Shown here one piece after another: positions 34,165 through 42,479 of a stretch of DNA of 64,000 nucleotides. Position 1 is the first letter of the stretch. Each line of letters opens with the position of its first letter. Source of the DNA: an uncultured Fretibacterium sp. (GTDB lineage: Bacteria; Synergistota; Synergistia; Synergistales; Aminobacteriaceae); the NCBI GenBank assembly GCA_937915755.1, contig CALGGR010000325.1:6591-70590 (forward strand), read 5' to 3'. Both the position numbers and the translations under genes were made by a program. The notes beneath the pieces were generated by a model, which searched no databases, was not told where the DNA came from, and saw only the letters and a program-made list of their open reading frames with translations.

Positions 34165-35367
34165 ATGGAGAAGCACGAACTTGTAATCATCGGTGCAGGT
34201 CCTGCAGGAATGTCGGCGGCAATCTACGGAAGACGCGCGGGTCTTGACGTTCTCGTCCTTGAACGCGGGGCAACAGGCGGTCAGATTAACATCACTGACG
34301 AAATCGAGAACTATCCCGGTATCGCACACGCTACAGGCCCGGAGATCGGAGACATGCTCAAGAATCACGCGCTGAAGTTCAACACTGAGATCCGTATGAT
34401 CGACTCGAGCAAAGTTGAACTCAGGGGCGACAAGAAAATCGTCATCACCAAGAAGAAGGGTGAGACCAACGAGATAGAGGCTGAGGCAATAATCGTAGCG
34501 ACGGGCGCACACTTCCGCAGGCTAGGCTGTGAGGGCGAGGCTGAACACATCGGACAGGGCGTTAGCTTCTGTGCTGTCTGCGACGGTGCATTCTTCGAGG
34601 ACTTGGAGGTCGCTGTTGTCGGCGGAGGAAACACGGCGGTCGAGGAGGGCGGATACCTCACTAAGTTTGCGTCGAAAGTCTACATCATTCACAGGCGCGA
34701 CGAGTTCAGGGCTGACAGGGCGGCAATCGCTCAGGCACTCGCAAACCCGAAAATCGAGCCTGTCTACAACACCGTCGTAGAGAAAATCGAGGGCGACGGA
34801 ATGGTTGAGAACTTAGTCCTCAAGAACGTTAAAACCGGCGAAATCTCTAACCTTCCTGTTGCGGGAGTGTTCATGTTCGTCGGGCAAGAGCCTGATGATG
34901 ACTGCGTGAAGGGACTCGTTAAGGCGGAGCGCGGAGGCTGGATAATCACGAATGACCACATGGAGACATCGGTCGAGGGAATCTTCGCGGCCGGCGACGT
35001 TCGCAGCAAGTATCTCCGTCAGGTCATAACGGCTGCTGCTGACGGTGCTGTTGCTGCAATGGCGGCATCGTCATACATCAATGAGCAGTTACATCTGCGC
35101 TCGACGCTTCTTGAGCCTGAGGAGGTCAAGGCGTTCTTCTATTCGAGCATTGATGAGTCTCAGGTTAAGCTGTCGAATGCCGTTGAGAATTTCGCAAAGT
35201 CAAAGGGCGTTAAAGTTCCGGTGATTGACGGCTACAGGAACGCAAGAATGACCGAGAAATTGAGCCTCGCTGACAAAATGCCTGCAATCGCAACCATAAA
35301 GAAGGGCGTTGTCGACAAGGTTGTAACGGTCAAGAGTGAAGCTGATATTGAAAGCTCATTGGCATAA
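34165..35367 (+). CDS. trxB: Thioredoxin reductase with a ~95-aa C-terminal degenerate thioredoxin-fold extension
   Basis: It has the FAD motif GAGPAGMSAA, the redox CAVCDG motif, and the NADPH motif VVGGGNTAVEE. After ...ASSYINEQ comes an extra domain (KAFFYSSIDESQVKL...KMPAIATIKKGVVDKVV). That domain has Trx-like secondary-structure spacing but no CxxC. Confidence 0.8.
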   Translation: MEKHELVIIGAGPAGMSAAIYGRRAGLDVLVLERGATGGQINITDEIENYPGIAHATGPEIGDMLKNHALKFNTEIRMIDSSKVELRGDKKIVITKKKGETNEIEAEAIIVATGAHFRRLGCEGEAEHIGQGVSFCAVCDGAFFEDLEVAVVGGGNTAVEEGGYLTKFASKVYIIHRRDEFRADRAAIAQALANPKIEPVYNTVVEKIEGDGMVENLVLKNVKTGEISNLPVAGVFMFVGQEPDDDCVKGLVKAERGGWIITNDHMETSVEGIFAAGDVRSKYLRQVITAAADGAVAAMAASSYINEQLHLRSTLLEPEEVKAFFYSSIDESQVKLSNAVENFAKSKGVKVPVIDGYRNARMTEKLSLADKMPAIATIKKGVVDKVVTVKSEADIESSLA

Positions 35368-35380
35368 AATTTGGTGAAAA

Positions 35381-35412
35381 GGGGAGCTGCTTTTACGAGT
35401 TCCCCAATTTTT
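35381..35412 (+). terminator. Terminator or attenuator hairpin after trxB
   Basis: The 8-bp stem GGGGAGCT / AGTTCCCC (one G-U pair) has a 9-nt loop and is followed by AATTTTTA. Confidence 0.5.
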
Positions 35413-35418
35413 ATAGTC

Positions 35419-36420
35419 ATGGAAAATATATTATTGTTGTTTACATCGGAGCTTCCTTGCTGGGATTACGAGACCGTCAGGATAGCGGGGGAAGACCCTG
35501 AAGGATTAGAACCTCTCGTTGAAGCCGGAGACCTCGCAAAAATCGGAGGGGGCTATGTCCTCACGGCTCAGGGAGTAAGGACGCGCGAGGAGACCGCGAA
35601 GGAGCTTTATCTCCCTGTAACTCCGGCAGGCGAAATCATCACTGATGCATCGAAAGCCGCCGAACTTCTGGGCTTAAACGTCATGGCGCAGTATTTAGAC
35701 CGCGCATTTGTTACGGACTGGGGCATTAAGGAGGTAACTGTGAGTGAGATGTTCCCGATAATGCCCTGCCTCGAAGATAACGAATATTTTGCGTTTGAGG
35801 GTGAACGTGTAAAAGCAGTTTGGCCGGAACACGAGGACGTGAAGAAATTTCTTGCCGACTTCCCGAATGTAGGAGTTGCCGCAAGAAAATTCCCTGCTCC
35901 CGGACAGAAAGCTCTCGATGAATGGGCGGGAAGAAATAATCTCAGCTATGGAAGCCTCACTGTTGATTTCGTTCTGAGGAGCCGCGCGGATTTCAACCAC
36001 TACAAGAATTATGAGCAGTTGCCGTCGGACAAATTCAAATTCCTTGATGCTGATGAATTATTCGTGAAGAAGGTTTCAGGGAGGCCAGAAGAATTGTTAC
36101 CTTTCATCGGCAAACTTCATATATTCCTGATGGAACAGAGGCGAATTTTCCTCCCCGGCTGGTTCGACATCGACCACGATGAAAACGAGGACTGGCATCT
36201 TCTCGCGTTCGTTACGGACAATGAGGAGCAGCTTGAAAATCTCACAATGACTTTGAGGAAATGGGGGCATGATCTGATTGACCCTGCTAACCCTCTATTC
36301 ATACTTGGAACTAGCATAGAGAGGCTTCGCAACCAGAAAGAGCAGAAACGCAACATGTATGACTGGTTCCAAGAGGAGGCTGTTCGCATAATGAGGCCAG
36401 ACGGTGAGGACGGTGAATAG
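35419..36420 (+). CDS. Uncharacterised ~335-aa acidic protein, tandem paralogue 1 (no family recognised)
   Basis: I chose the ATG at 35419 (MENILLLFTSELPCWD) because it aligns with the N-terminus of paralogue 2. No clear RBS is visible. It is collinear with the next ORF along its whole length. Confidence 0.55.
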   Translation: MENILLLFTSELPCWDYETVRIAGEDPEGLEPLVEAGDLAKIGGGYVLTAQGVRTREETAKELYLPVTPAGEIITDASKAAELLGLNVMAQYLDRAFVTDWGIKEVTVSEMFPIMPCLEDNEYFAFEGERVKAVWPEHEDVKKFLADFPNVGVAARKFPAPGQKALDEWAGRNNLSYGSLTVDFVLRSRADFNHYKNYEQLPSDKFKFLDADELFVKKVSGRPEELLPFIGKLHIFLMEQRRIFLPGWFDIDHDENEDWHLLAFVTDNEEQLENLTMTLRKWGHDLIDPANPLFILGTSIERLRNQKEQKRNMYDWFQEEAVRIMRPDGEDGE

Positions 36421-37420
36421 CGCGGATAATACCCTCCTTCTTTTCACGCCTGAGCTTCCATGCTGGGACGCTGAGACTGTGGGGCTTGCGGGTGATGACC
36501 CGAAATCACTTGCAGAGCTTGAAGCCGCCGGAAACGTAGCGAGGCTTGGAGGAGGGTATGTTCTCACACGCAAGGGCATCCAAACACGGAAAATTGTGTC
36601 GCGCGAAAATTATGTGCCTTCAATGAAGATTGACACCCTTGTAACCGATGAGCACGAAGCCTCTCGAAGCCTTGAGTTAAACAGAATGGTTCAGCTTTTG
36701 GATCGAGCTTTCATGACCGAGTGGGGGATAAAGGAGTTCAAGATCAATGAGACTTTCCCCGTTGTCCCATGCCTTGAAGACGATGAATACTTTGCGTTTG
36801 AGGGTGAACGTGTCAAAGCGATATGGCCTGAGAATGAATACGTAAAATCCTTCATGGCTGAATTTCCCGATAACGGCTACGAAGCAAGAAAGCTGCCCGC
36901 TCCCGGCCCTGAAGCACTCTCACAATGGGCTGAAAGACATCATGCACCGCGCGGGAATTTCAAGGTCGAGTTCGTACTGAGGCATCATCACGACTTCGCG
37001 CACTACAGACAGTTGCCCACGCCGGAGGGAGACATTTTCGGTTTCGTCAACGCGGGAATAATCTTCGCACGAAAATTCAGAGGTAAGCCTGAAGAATTGC
37101 TGCCCTTCATCGGGAGAATACATGTATTCTTCACGATGCAAAGGAGGATATATATTCCGGGCTGGTTCGACATGGACAGCGAGGAGCAGGAGCCGGGAAA
37201 GATGGTAACTTTCATCACTGACACTGACGATGAACTCCGTGAACTAACGAGGACGCTCAGGCGTTGGGGGCTTTCACTGATTGAGCCGGCCTGCCCTATT
37301 TACATCATGGGTACAAGCATAGAGCATCTTCGTAATCAGGAGACAAAGAGCATGATTTACGACTGGTTTGCAGAGGAGACTGTGAAGATCTTGCGCCCCG
37401 ACTTTCAGGACGAGGAATGA
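36404..37420 (+). CDS. Uncharacterised ~338-aa acidic protein, tandem paralogue 2
   Basis: It shares these blocks with paralogue 1: LLLFT.ELPCWD, GGGYVLT, WGIKE, PCLED.EYFAFEGERVKA.WPE, PEELLPFIG, QRRI..PGWFD, GTSIE.LRNQ and YDWF.EE. Its GTG start overlaps paralogue 1 by 17 nt. Confidence 0.55.
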   Translation: MRTVNSADNTLLLFTPELPCWDAETVGLAGDDPKSLAELEAAGNVARLGGGYVLTRKGIQTRKIVSRENYVPSMKIDTLVTDEHEASRSLELNRMVQLLDRAFMTEWGIKEFKINETFPVVPCLEDDEYFAFEGERVKAIWPENEYVKSFMAEFPDNGYEARKLPAPGPEALSQWAERHHAPRGNFKVEFVLRHHHDFAHYRQLPTPEGDIFGFVNAGIIFARKFRGKPEELLPFIGRIHVFFTMQRRIYIPGWFDMDSEEQEPGKMVTFITDTDDELRELTRTLRRWGLSLIEPACPIYIMGTSIEHLRNQETKSMIYDWFAEETVKILRPDFQDEE

Positions 37421-38097
37421 TGTATTACTTCGAGAGCAAATGCACAAATCCTGAATACAATTTAGCCCTTGAGGAATATTTATGCGGTTTTGGCCGTGAG
37501 ATGTTTATGCTATGGCGTAATAAGCCGTCAGTCATCATCGGCAGGTTCGGAGTCGTCAATGATGAGGTTGATACAAAATTCGCTGAGGCTGAGGGGATTC
37601 GTATTGTCCGCAGAAACTCAGGGGGAGGAGCTGTTTATCACGACTTGGGGAACGTGAACTACAGCTTCATTCTCAGGGACAGCAAGAAATTCACGCTTGA
37701 GCATTTCGCGCGAATCATCATGAGGACACTTGAGGCTATCGGCATAAATTCACGTCTTGATTTCCGGCACAATGACATTCTTGCTGACGGTCTCAAAATT
37801 TCCGGCTCCGCGCAATATCATCATGAGGGTATAATCCTTCATCACGGCACTTTGCTCTTCGATTCTGACCTGAATATTATCCCGCGTGTTCTGAAACGTT
37901 CGGGAAACGTCGCAAACATCAGGCCGTTGCTTAAAAACGATATGAATGTTGAGAAGTTTATGAGGACTTTGGCGGACAATATTGGTGAGACGAAAAATTT
38001 TCAGCTTCCCAAAAATGAGGACGTGGAAAAATTATTGCGTCTAAAATATTCAAATCCTAAATGGAACATGGAGGGTGTAAAAATTGATAACCTTTGA
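37417..38097 (+). CDS. Lipoate-protein ligase / octanoyltransferase-family catalytic domain only (no LplA C-terminal accessory domain)
   Basis: It has NLALEEYL, RRNSGGGAVYHDLGN and the catalytic-lysine context LKISGSAQ. It is only 226 aa. An ATGA overlap couples it to the upstream gene. Confidence 0.7.
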   Translation: MMYYFESKCTNPEYNLALEEYLCGFGREMFMLWRNKPSVIIGRFGVVNDEVDTKFAEAEGIRIVRRNSGGGAVYHDLGNVNYSFILRDSKKFTLEHFARIIMRTLEAIGINSRLDFRHNDILADGLKISGSAQYHHEGIILHHGTLLFDSDLNIIPRVLKRSGNVANIRPLLKNDMNVEKFMRTLADNIGETKNFQLPKNEDVEKLLRLKYSNPKWNMEGVKIDNL

Positions 38098-38464
38098 CAA
38101 GAATGTGCGTTACACTAAATCGAATGAGTGGGCAAGAAAAATTGATGACGTTATCCGCGTCGGCATTGATGATTATTCTCAGTCATCGCTTGGTGATATT
38201 GTTCACATTGAAGTCATTGCGCCGTTGTCCAACGTAACCGCCGGAAAATCATTCGGCTCGATCGAGGCCACAAAGTCCGTATGCGACATAATTGCCCCAA
38301 TCTCAGGCATAATTCTGCGCGTCAACGATGAAGTCATCAAATCACCTCAGCTCATAAATTCAGACCCGTTCGGTCAAGGCTGGATTGCCGAAATTAAGCC
38401 CAGCGATGTATCAGAACTCGACGGTCTCATGACCTCTGAGGAATACGAGAACTTCATACGATGA
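38084..38464 (+). CDS. gcvH: Glycine-cleavage H-protein-like lipoyl carrier (orphan; no gcvT or gcvP in the window)
   Basis: The 126-aa protein has YTKSNEWAR and the lipoyl-lysine motif SIEATKSVCDIIAP. The start is TTG with GGAGGG 8 nt upstream. Confidence 0.75.
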   Translation: MITFDKNVRYTKSNEWARKIDDVIRVGIDDYSQSSLGDIVHIEVIAPLSNVTAGKSFGSIEATKSVCDIIAPISGIILRVNDEVIKSPQLINSDPFGQGWIAEIKPSDVSELDGLMTSEEYENFIR

Positions 38465-39411
38465 CCCAGCTCTCGGAACGTATCCGCAAAGTCAGGCAGT
38501 TCAAGCGCGAAATCTATCAGGAGTACGGCTTCTATTACTACGTCCCGATGGCCGAGGCTTACACTGTGCAAGTCCCCGTTACGGTGAGCTGTTCATACGG
38601 AAAATGCCTTTACTGCGACTTGAATCAGGGAATGACCTTCCGCGAACTCAGCCTCAAAGAGATTGAAGCGAACATTGAGAAACTGCGCTATATTAACGAT
38701 AAACCGTCAAAACGTTTCCTTCTCGCGGGCGGTAATCCGTTCGTATTAAGTGCTGAAAAATTACTGAGAATATCCGAGATGATTCATGCTCACTTCCCGG
38801 AGTGCGAATATATTTCCGCGTTCTCAAGAGCCGATGACATAACACGCAAAAGCCCCGACGATTTGAGAATGCTTCATGAGGCCGGCTATGACAGATTATG
38901 TATAGGGATTGAGAGCGGCTGTGATGATGTCCTGAAGTTCCACGAAAAGGGCGTAACACGTTCCCAGAACCTTGAGGCTATGAAGATGCTTGACGATGCG
39001 GGGATAAAATACTCAACATACATAATGCTTGGACTTGGAGGACGCTCAATGTCGGAGGCTCACGTCAAAGATACCGCCTCACTCCTGAATAACGCCAATC
39101 CTTTCGAGCTTACCGTTGTAACTCTAGTACTTTTCAAGGGCGCGAGGCTCATAGAGAAGGTGAGGTCTCATGAATTTTTGCGAATGTCCCCCTTCGACGC
39201 GCTGAAAGAAGAACGCGAACTCCTCTCATTACTCACTATCAACACGGTATTCAACGCAACTCACAAGACAAATCTTTTCCCCATCAAGGGCAGAATACCA
39301 GAACATAAGAACATACTGATAAAGAAAATCGACAATGCCGTTAATGAAATCTCGGAGGCCGGATTAAAGCAATATGAGCTTAAACGATGGCACAAATGGG
39401 GAATAGAGTAG
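38461..39411 (+). CDS. Radical SAM-like protein with non-canonical CX4CX2C cluster motif, function unknown
   Basis: VSCSYGKCLYCDL occurs at about residue 45, and LLAGGNPF is a GGE-like SAM motif. It has a TIM-barrel-like length. An ATGA overlap couples it to gcvH. Confidence 0.55.
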   Translation: MTQLSERIRKVRQFKREIYQEYGFYYYVPMAEAYTVQVPVTVSCSYGKCLYCDLNQGMTFRELSLKEIEANIEKLRYINDKPSKRFLLAGGNPFVLSAEKLLRISEMIHAHFPECEYISAFSRADDITRKSPDDLRMLHEAGYDRLCIGIESGCDDVLKFHEKGVTRSQNLEAMKMLDDAGIKYSTYIMLGLGGRSMSEAHVKDTASLLNNANPFELTVVTLVLFKGARLIEKVRSHEFLRMSPFDALKEERELLSLLTINTVFNATHKTNLFPIKGRIPEHKNILIKKIDNAVNEISEAGLKQYELKRWHKWGIE

Positions 39412-39538
39412 TAACGTTTTGCGTTATTGCTTTTAACCACTGAAAAAATTAAACTCTATAAAAAATATATTCCCAATTCACCATCAAAGGAGGCTCGAGC
39501 AATGCACTGTATGTTCACGTGAAATAAATATTTTTATG

Positions 39539-39553
39539 CACGTGGTGCATTCT
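39539..39553. promoter_or_regulatory. CACGTG-GTG-CATTCT motif, second copy of the 7728 motif
   Basis: The sequence is CACGTGGTGCATTCT. It equals the 12-mer at 7728..7739 with a 3-nt insertion. Another CACGTG lies 21 nt upstream (39516). Confidence 0.3.
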
Positions 39554-39557
39554 GTCG

Positions 39558-39607
39558 CTTTGCAACGGCCTGATACTCAAGTCAAAAACATCTTTCCGTC
39601 TGCAAAG
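39558..39607 (+). promoter_or_regulatory. Long leader hairpin upstream of the ABC transporter operon
   Basis: CTTTGCAACGG (39558-39568) pairs with CCGT-C-TGCAAAG (39596-39607). That is 11 bp with one bulged C and a 27-nt loop. It ends about 50 nt before the ATG at 39658. No T-run follows. Confidence 0.35.
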
Positions 39608-39657
39608 GGCAGCAATTCACACTAAGTTACAACAATAAACTAAAACAGGAGTAAACT

Positions 39658-40671
39658 ATGCAAAATCTCAATCATCTTACACGTGAGAGTCTTACAGAGC
39701 TTGAAAGTGCTCCGCGTACTGCTTCACGTATAATAATTGATTATATAATCTGCCTGATGCCGGTAGTCTTCGGTTGTTTGGCTGTTGCTGAATACATTTT
39801 TGTCCCCAACCTAAGCGGCAATGTCAGCACAAACTCATACATATATTTCTTGTGCGTGCTGATACTTTTAGCCGTTACGTTTTTCATCGCGTCTCTTTTC
39901 AGCAAAAAGGCTTTCTTGATTCTCAGGTATAAAGCTCCGTTTTATGCTTTCGTTTTTATACTGCTGACCTTGTACGACTACATGACGTTGAAGACCGGAA
40001 GACTCGTTCTCCCATATTTCCCGTGGGCTGACCAGATTTTGAATGCCATGTGGGACGACAGAGCATATCTCCTCGATTGTGCTTGCAACTCGTTAAAGTT
40101 ATTGTTCAGCGGTTACTTCTCAGGAGCAATTCTCGGACTCATCACGGGAACAGCCTGCGGTTGCAGTAAAACAGCGGACTATTGGATCTCGCCGTTCATG
40201 AAACTTGTGGGAGCAATTCCATCGCCGACATGGATTCCGATTGTCATGGTCATTGCCTCAACGCTATTCAGCGGTGCGGTCTTCATCATCGCGCTTGGGG
40301 TATGGTACTCGCTCACTATCGCAACGATGACCGGCATACGTAACATTGACCGCTCATTCTATGATGCCGCGAAAACTCTGGGGGCTGGACGAACTCAGCT
40401 AGTGTTTCATGTTGCGCTCCCGTTCGCAGTCCCGAACATACTTCAAGGCTTGACGCAGGGCATGAGTTCAGCGTGTCTCGTTCTTATTACTGCTGAGATG
40501 GTAGGAGTCGAATCGGGGCTAGGCTGGTATGTGTCATGGCAAAAGAGCTGGGCGCAATACGGCAAAATGTACGCCGCAATAGTCGTGTTGTGCGTGGTCT
40601 TTGTGGTCGTTAATCGCGGACTTGAGGCAATAAGGCGGAGGCTTTTGAGGTGGCAGGAGGGCTTAGTGTGA
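39658..40671 (+). CDS. ABC transporter permease, NitT/TauT (nitrate/sulfonate/taurine-type) family, with extended N-terminus
   Basis: It has an EAA-type loop (YDAAKTLGAGRTQLVFHVALP). The core of about 250 aa is preceded by extra hydrophobic helices. Confidence 0.65.
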   Translation: MQNLNHLTRESLTELESAPRTASRIIIDYIICLMPVVFGCLAVAEYIFVPNLSGNVSTNSYIYFLCVLILLAVTFFIASLFSKKAFLILRYKAPFYAFVFILLTLYDYMTLKTGRLVLPYFPWADQILNAMWDDRAYLLDCACNSLKLLFSGYFSGAILGLITGTACGCSKTADYWISPFMKLVGAIPSPTWIPIVMVIASTLFSGAVFIIALGVWYSLTIATMTGIRNIDRSFYDAAKTLGAGRTQLVFHVALPFAVPNILQGLTQGMSSACLVLITAEMVGVESGLGWYVSWQKSWAQYGKMYAAIVVLCVVFVVVNRGLEAIRRRLLRWQEGLV

Positions 40672-40672
40672 T

Positions 40673-41440
40673 ATGAATGTGCTTGAATTGAACCACGTTT
40701 ACAAAAGTTTCGCGCGTTCCGACAGCAACGGAGTTACTCAGGCGGTCAGCGACATAAATTTTTCTGTCAATGACGGTGAATTTCTCTCAATCGTCGGGCC
40801 TTCAGGCTGCGGAAAGTCAACGATAATGCGCCTCATTGCGGGATTGATTTTTCCGACCGCCGGAACAATCACACTCAACGGCGAAATCATCAAGGGCACT
40901 GACACCGAGAGAGGCATGGTGTTTCAGAAGCCTACGTTATTTCTTTGGCTCACTGTAGAAGAAAACCTGAACTTCACGGCTACGATGAAGAAGCAGAGGC
41001 ACAATCCCGACTACATGGCCGAAGCTGAAAGGCTCCTCGAACTTGCGGGGCTTTCGGAGTTCCGTCATGACTTCCCTCACCAGTTATCCGGCGGAATGGC
41101 TCAAAGGCTCGCGCTAATACGAACAATGATAAATCACCCCAAAGTTTTTTTGCTCGATGAACCTTTGGGAGCTTTGGACGCATTCACACGAATGAACATG
41201 CAGGACGAAATCCTCAAATTGTGGCAGAGGTCAAAACATATAGTCTTGATGGTAACTCATGACATCGACGAGGCTATATATCTCGGTACGCGAATAATCG
41301 TAATGGCACCAAGACCCGGAAGGATTCGCGCTGACCTTAGAAATGACATGCCTTATCCGAGAGCGAGAACAAGCGATGAGTTTTTACAGTGGCGAAAAAA
41401 GGTTTTAGAACTGCTCAATTTCGGGCAGACTATAAATTAA
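40673..41440 (+). CDS. ABC transporter ATP-binding protein (NitT/TauT family)
   Basis: It has Walker A GPSGCGKST, the signature LSGGMAQR, and Walker B VFLLDEP. Confidence 0.8.
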   Translation: MNVLELNHVYKSFARSDSNGVTQAVSDINFSVNDGEFLSIVGPSGCGKSTIMRLIAGLIFPTAGTITLNGEIIKGTDTERGMVFQKPTLFLWLTVEENLNFTATMKKQRHNPDYMAEAERLLELAGLSEFRHDFPHQLSGGMAQRLALIRTMINHPKVFLLDEPLGALDAFTRMNMQDEILKLWQRSKHIVLMVTHDIDEAIYLGTRIIVMAPRPGRIRADLRNDMPYPRARTSDEFLQWRKKVLELLNFGQTIN

Positions 41441-41459
41441 ATTCAAGGGGGTATCCGCA

Positions 41460-42467
41460 TTGAAGAAATTATTTGCGGTAATTCTGGCGGTATCGGTTTT
41501 CGTCTCAGGCGCATTCGCTATGACACCTGAGGAGGAAGAAGCAGCATGGAAGAATGAGCCTGCTTACGGGAAGGTCATCAAGGTTGGCTATAACGGCGGG
41601 CTTTGCACGGGGACTCTCGGCATAACTCAGGCAAAGGGCTTCTTCGAGGCTGAAGGTCTGAACGTTGAGCTTGTACGCTATCAGGGCGACACCGTAACTC
41701 TCGGTGATGCTCTCGGAACGGGCAAGATCGACATTGCGGGCGGACACATTGCGACGCTTCTCGTTCCTGCGGCCAACGGGGTACAGATGAAGTTCACGAC
41801 GGGAATGCACACAGGCTGTAAATCACTGTGCGTTCTCGCTGACAGCCCTTACAAGACAACGAAAGACCTTGAGGGCAAAACCATCGCAATCACAACGAGC
41901 ATCGGCGGTTCAGACCAGAACATCACAATGCGTTTCCTTCTGAGGGACGGAATCGACCCTGTTCGCGGTGTGAAGTACAAATCAACTGACTCGGGCGCGG
42001 CGGTTCTTGCGATGCAGAACGGTGAGATAGCGGCGGCACTCTTGAGCGACCAGTTCATTCAGAAGTTCTTGGAGAACGGAACACTCAGGATAATCCGCTC
42101 AATCACGTTTGATGATGACTTCAAGGACGAGACATGCTGCATCTTCGCCGTGTCAAAGGCAATCTGTGAGAATAGCCCAATCACCGCGAAGAAGCTCACC
42201 CGCGCCCACGAGAACGCCCGCAAATGGATCATGGGCAACCGCGAGGAAGCTGTGAGATTGATGCTCGACAACAAATGGGCATCAGGCGATTTCGACAAGG
42301 TTCTTGCGTTCTACAACACTCTCGACTATTCCGTAGACGACGCTACAACTGAGGCAACATTGCGGAAGGTCATCGACGACTACAAGACATGCGGAATCCT
42401 CAACAAGAGCTTTGACACCGAAGAAACACTTGCCCGCGTTTGGGACGGCGTTTTGATGGAGAAATAA
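41460..42467 (+). CDS. NMT1/THI5-like periplasmic substrate-binding protein
   Basis: It has a signal peptide (MKKLFAVILAVSVFVSGAFA) and an SsuA/THI5-type fold. The start is TTG with AAGGGGG 8 nt upstream. Confidence 0.6.
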   Translation: MKKLFAVILAVSVFVSGAFAMTPEEEEAAWKNEPAYGKVIKVGYNGGLCTGTLGITQAKGFFEAEGLNVELVRYQGDTVTLGDALGTGKIDIAGGHIATLLVPAANGVQMKFTTGMHTGCKSLCVLADSPYKTTKDLEGKTIAITTSIGGSDQNITMRFLLRDGIDPVRGVKYKSTDSGAAVLAMQNGEIAAALLSDQFIQKFLENGTLRIIRSITFDDDFKDETCCIFAVSKAICENSPITAKKLTRAHENARKWIMGNREEAVRLMLDNKWASGDFDKVLAFYNTLDYSVDDATTEATLRKVIDDYKTCGILNKSFDTEETLARVWDGVLMEK

Positions 42468-42479
42468 GGAGGCATTATC

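Noticed and set aside
39412-39657. I suspected a TPP riboswitch, because the downstream ABC transporter has an NMT1/THI5-like binding protein (ThiXYZ-like).
   Set aside because: I could not find the conserved CTGAGA and ACCTGATCTGGATAATGCCAGCG-type TPP elements. Only an unrelated long hairpin is present.
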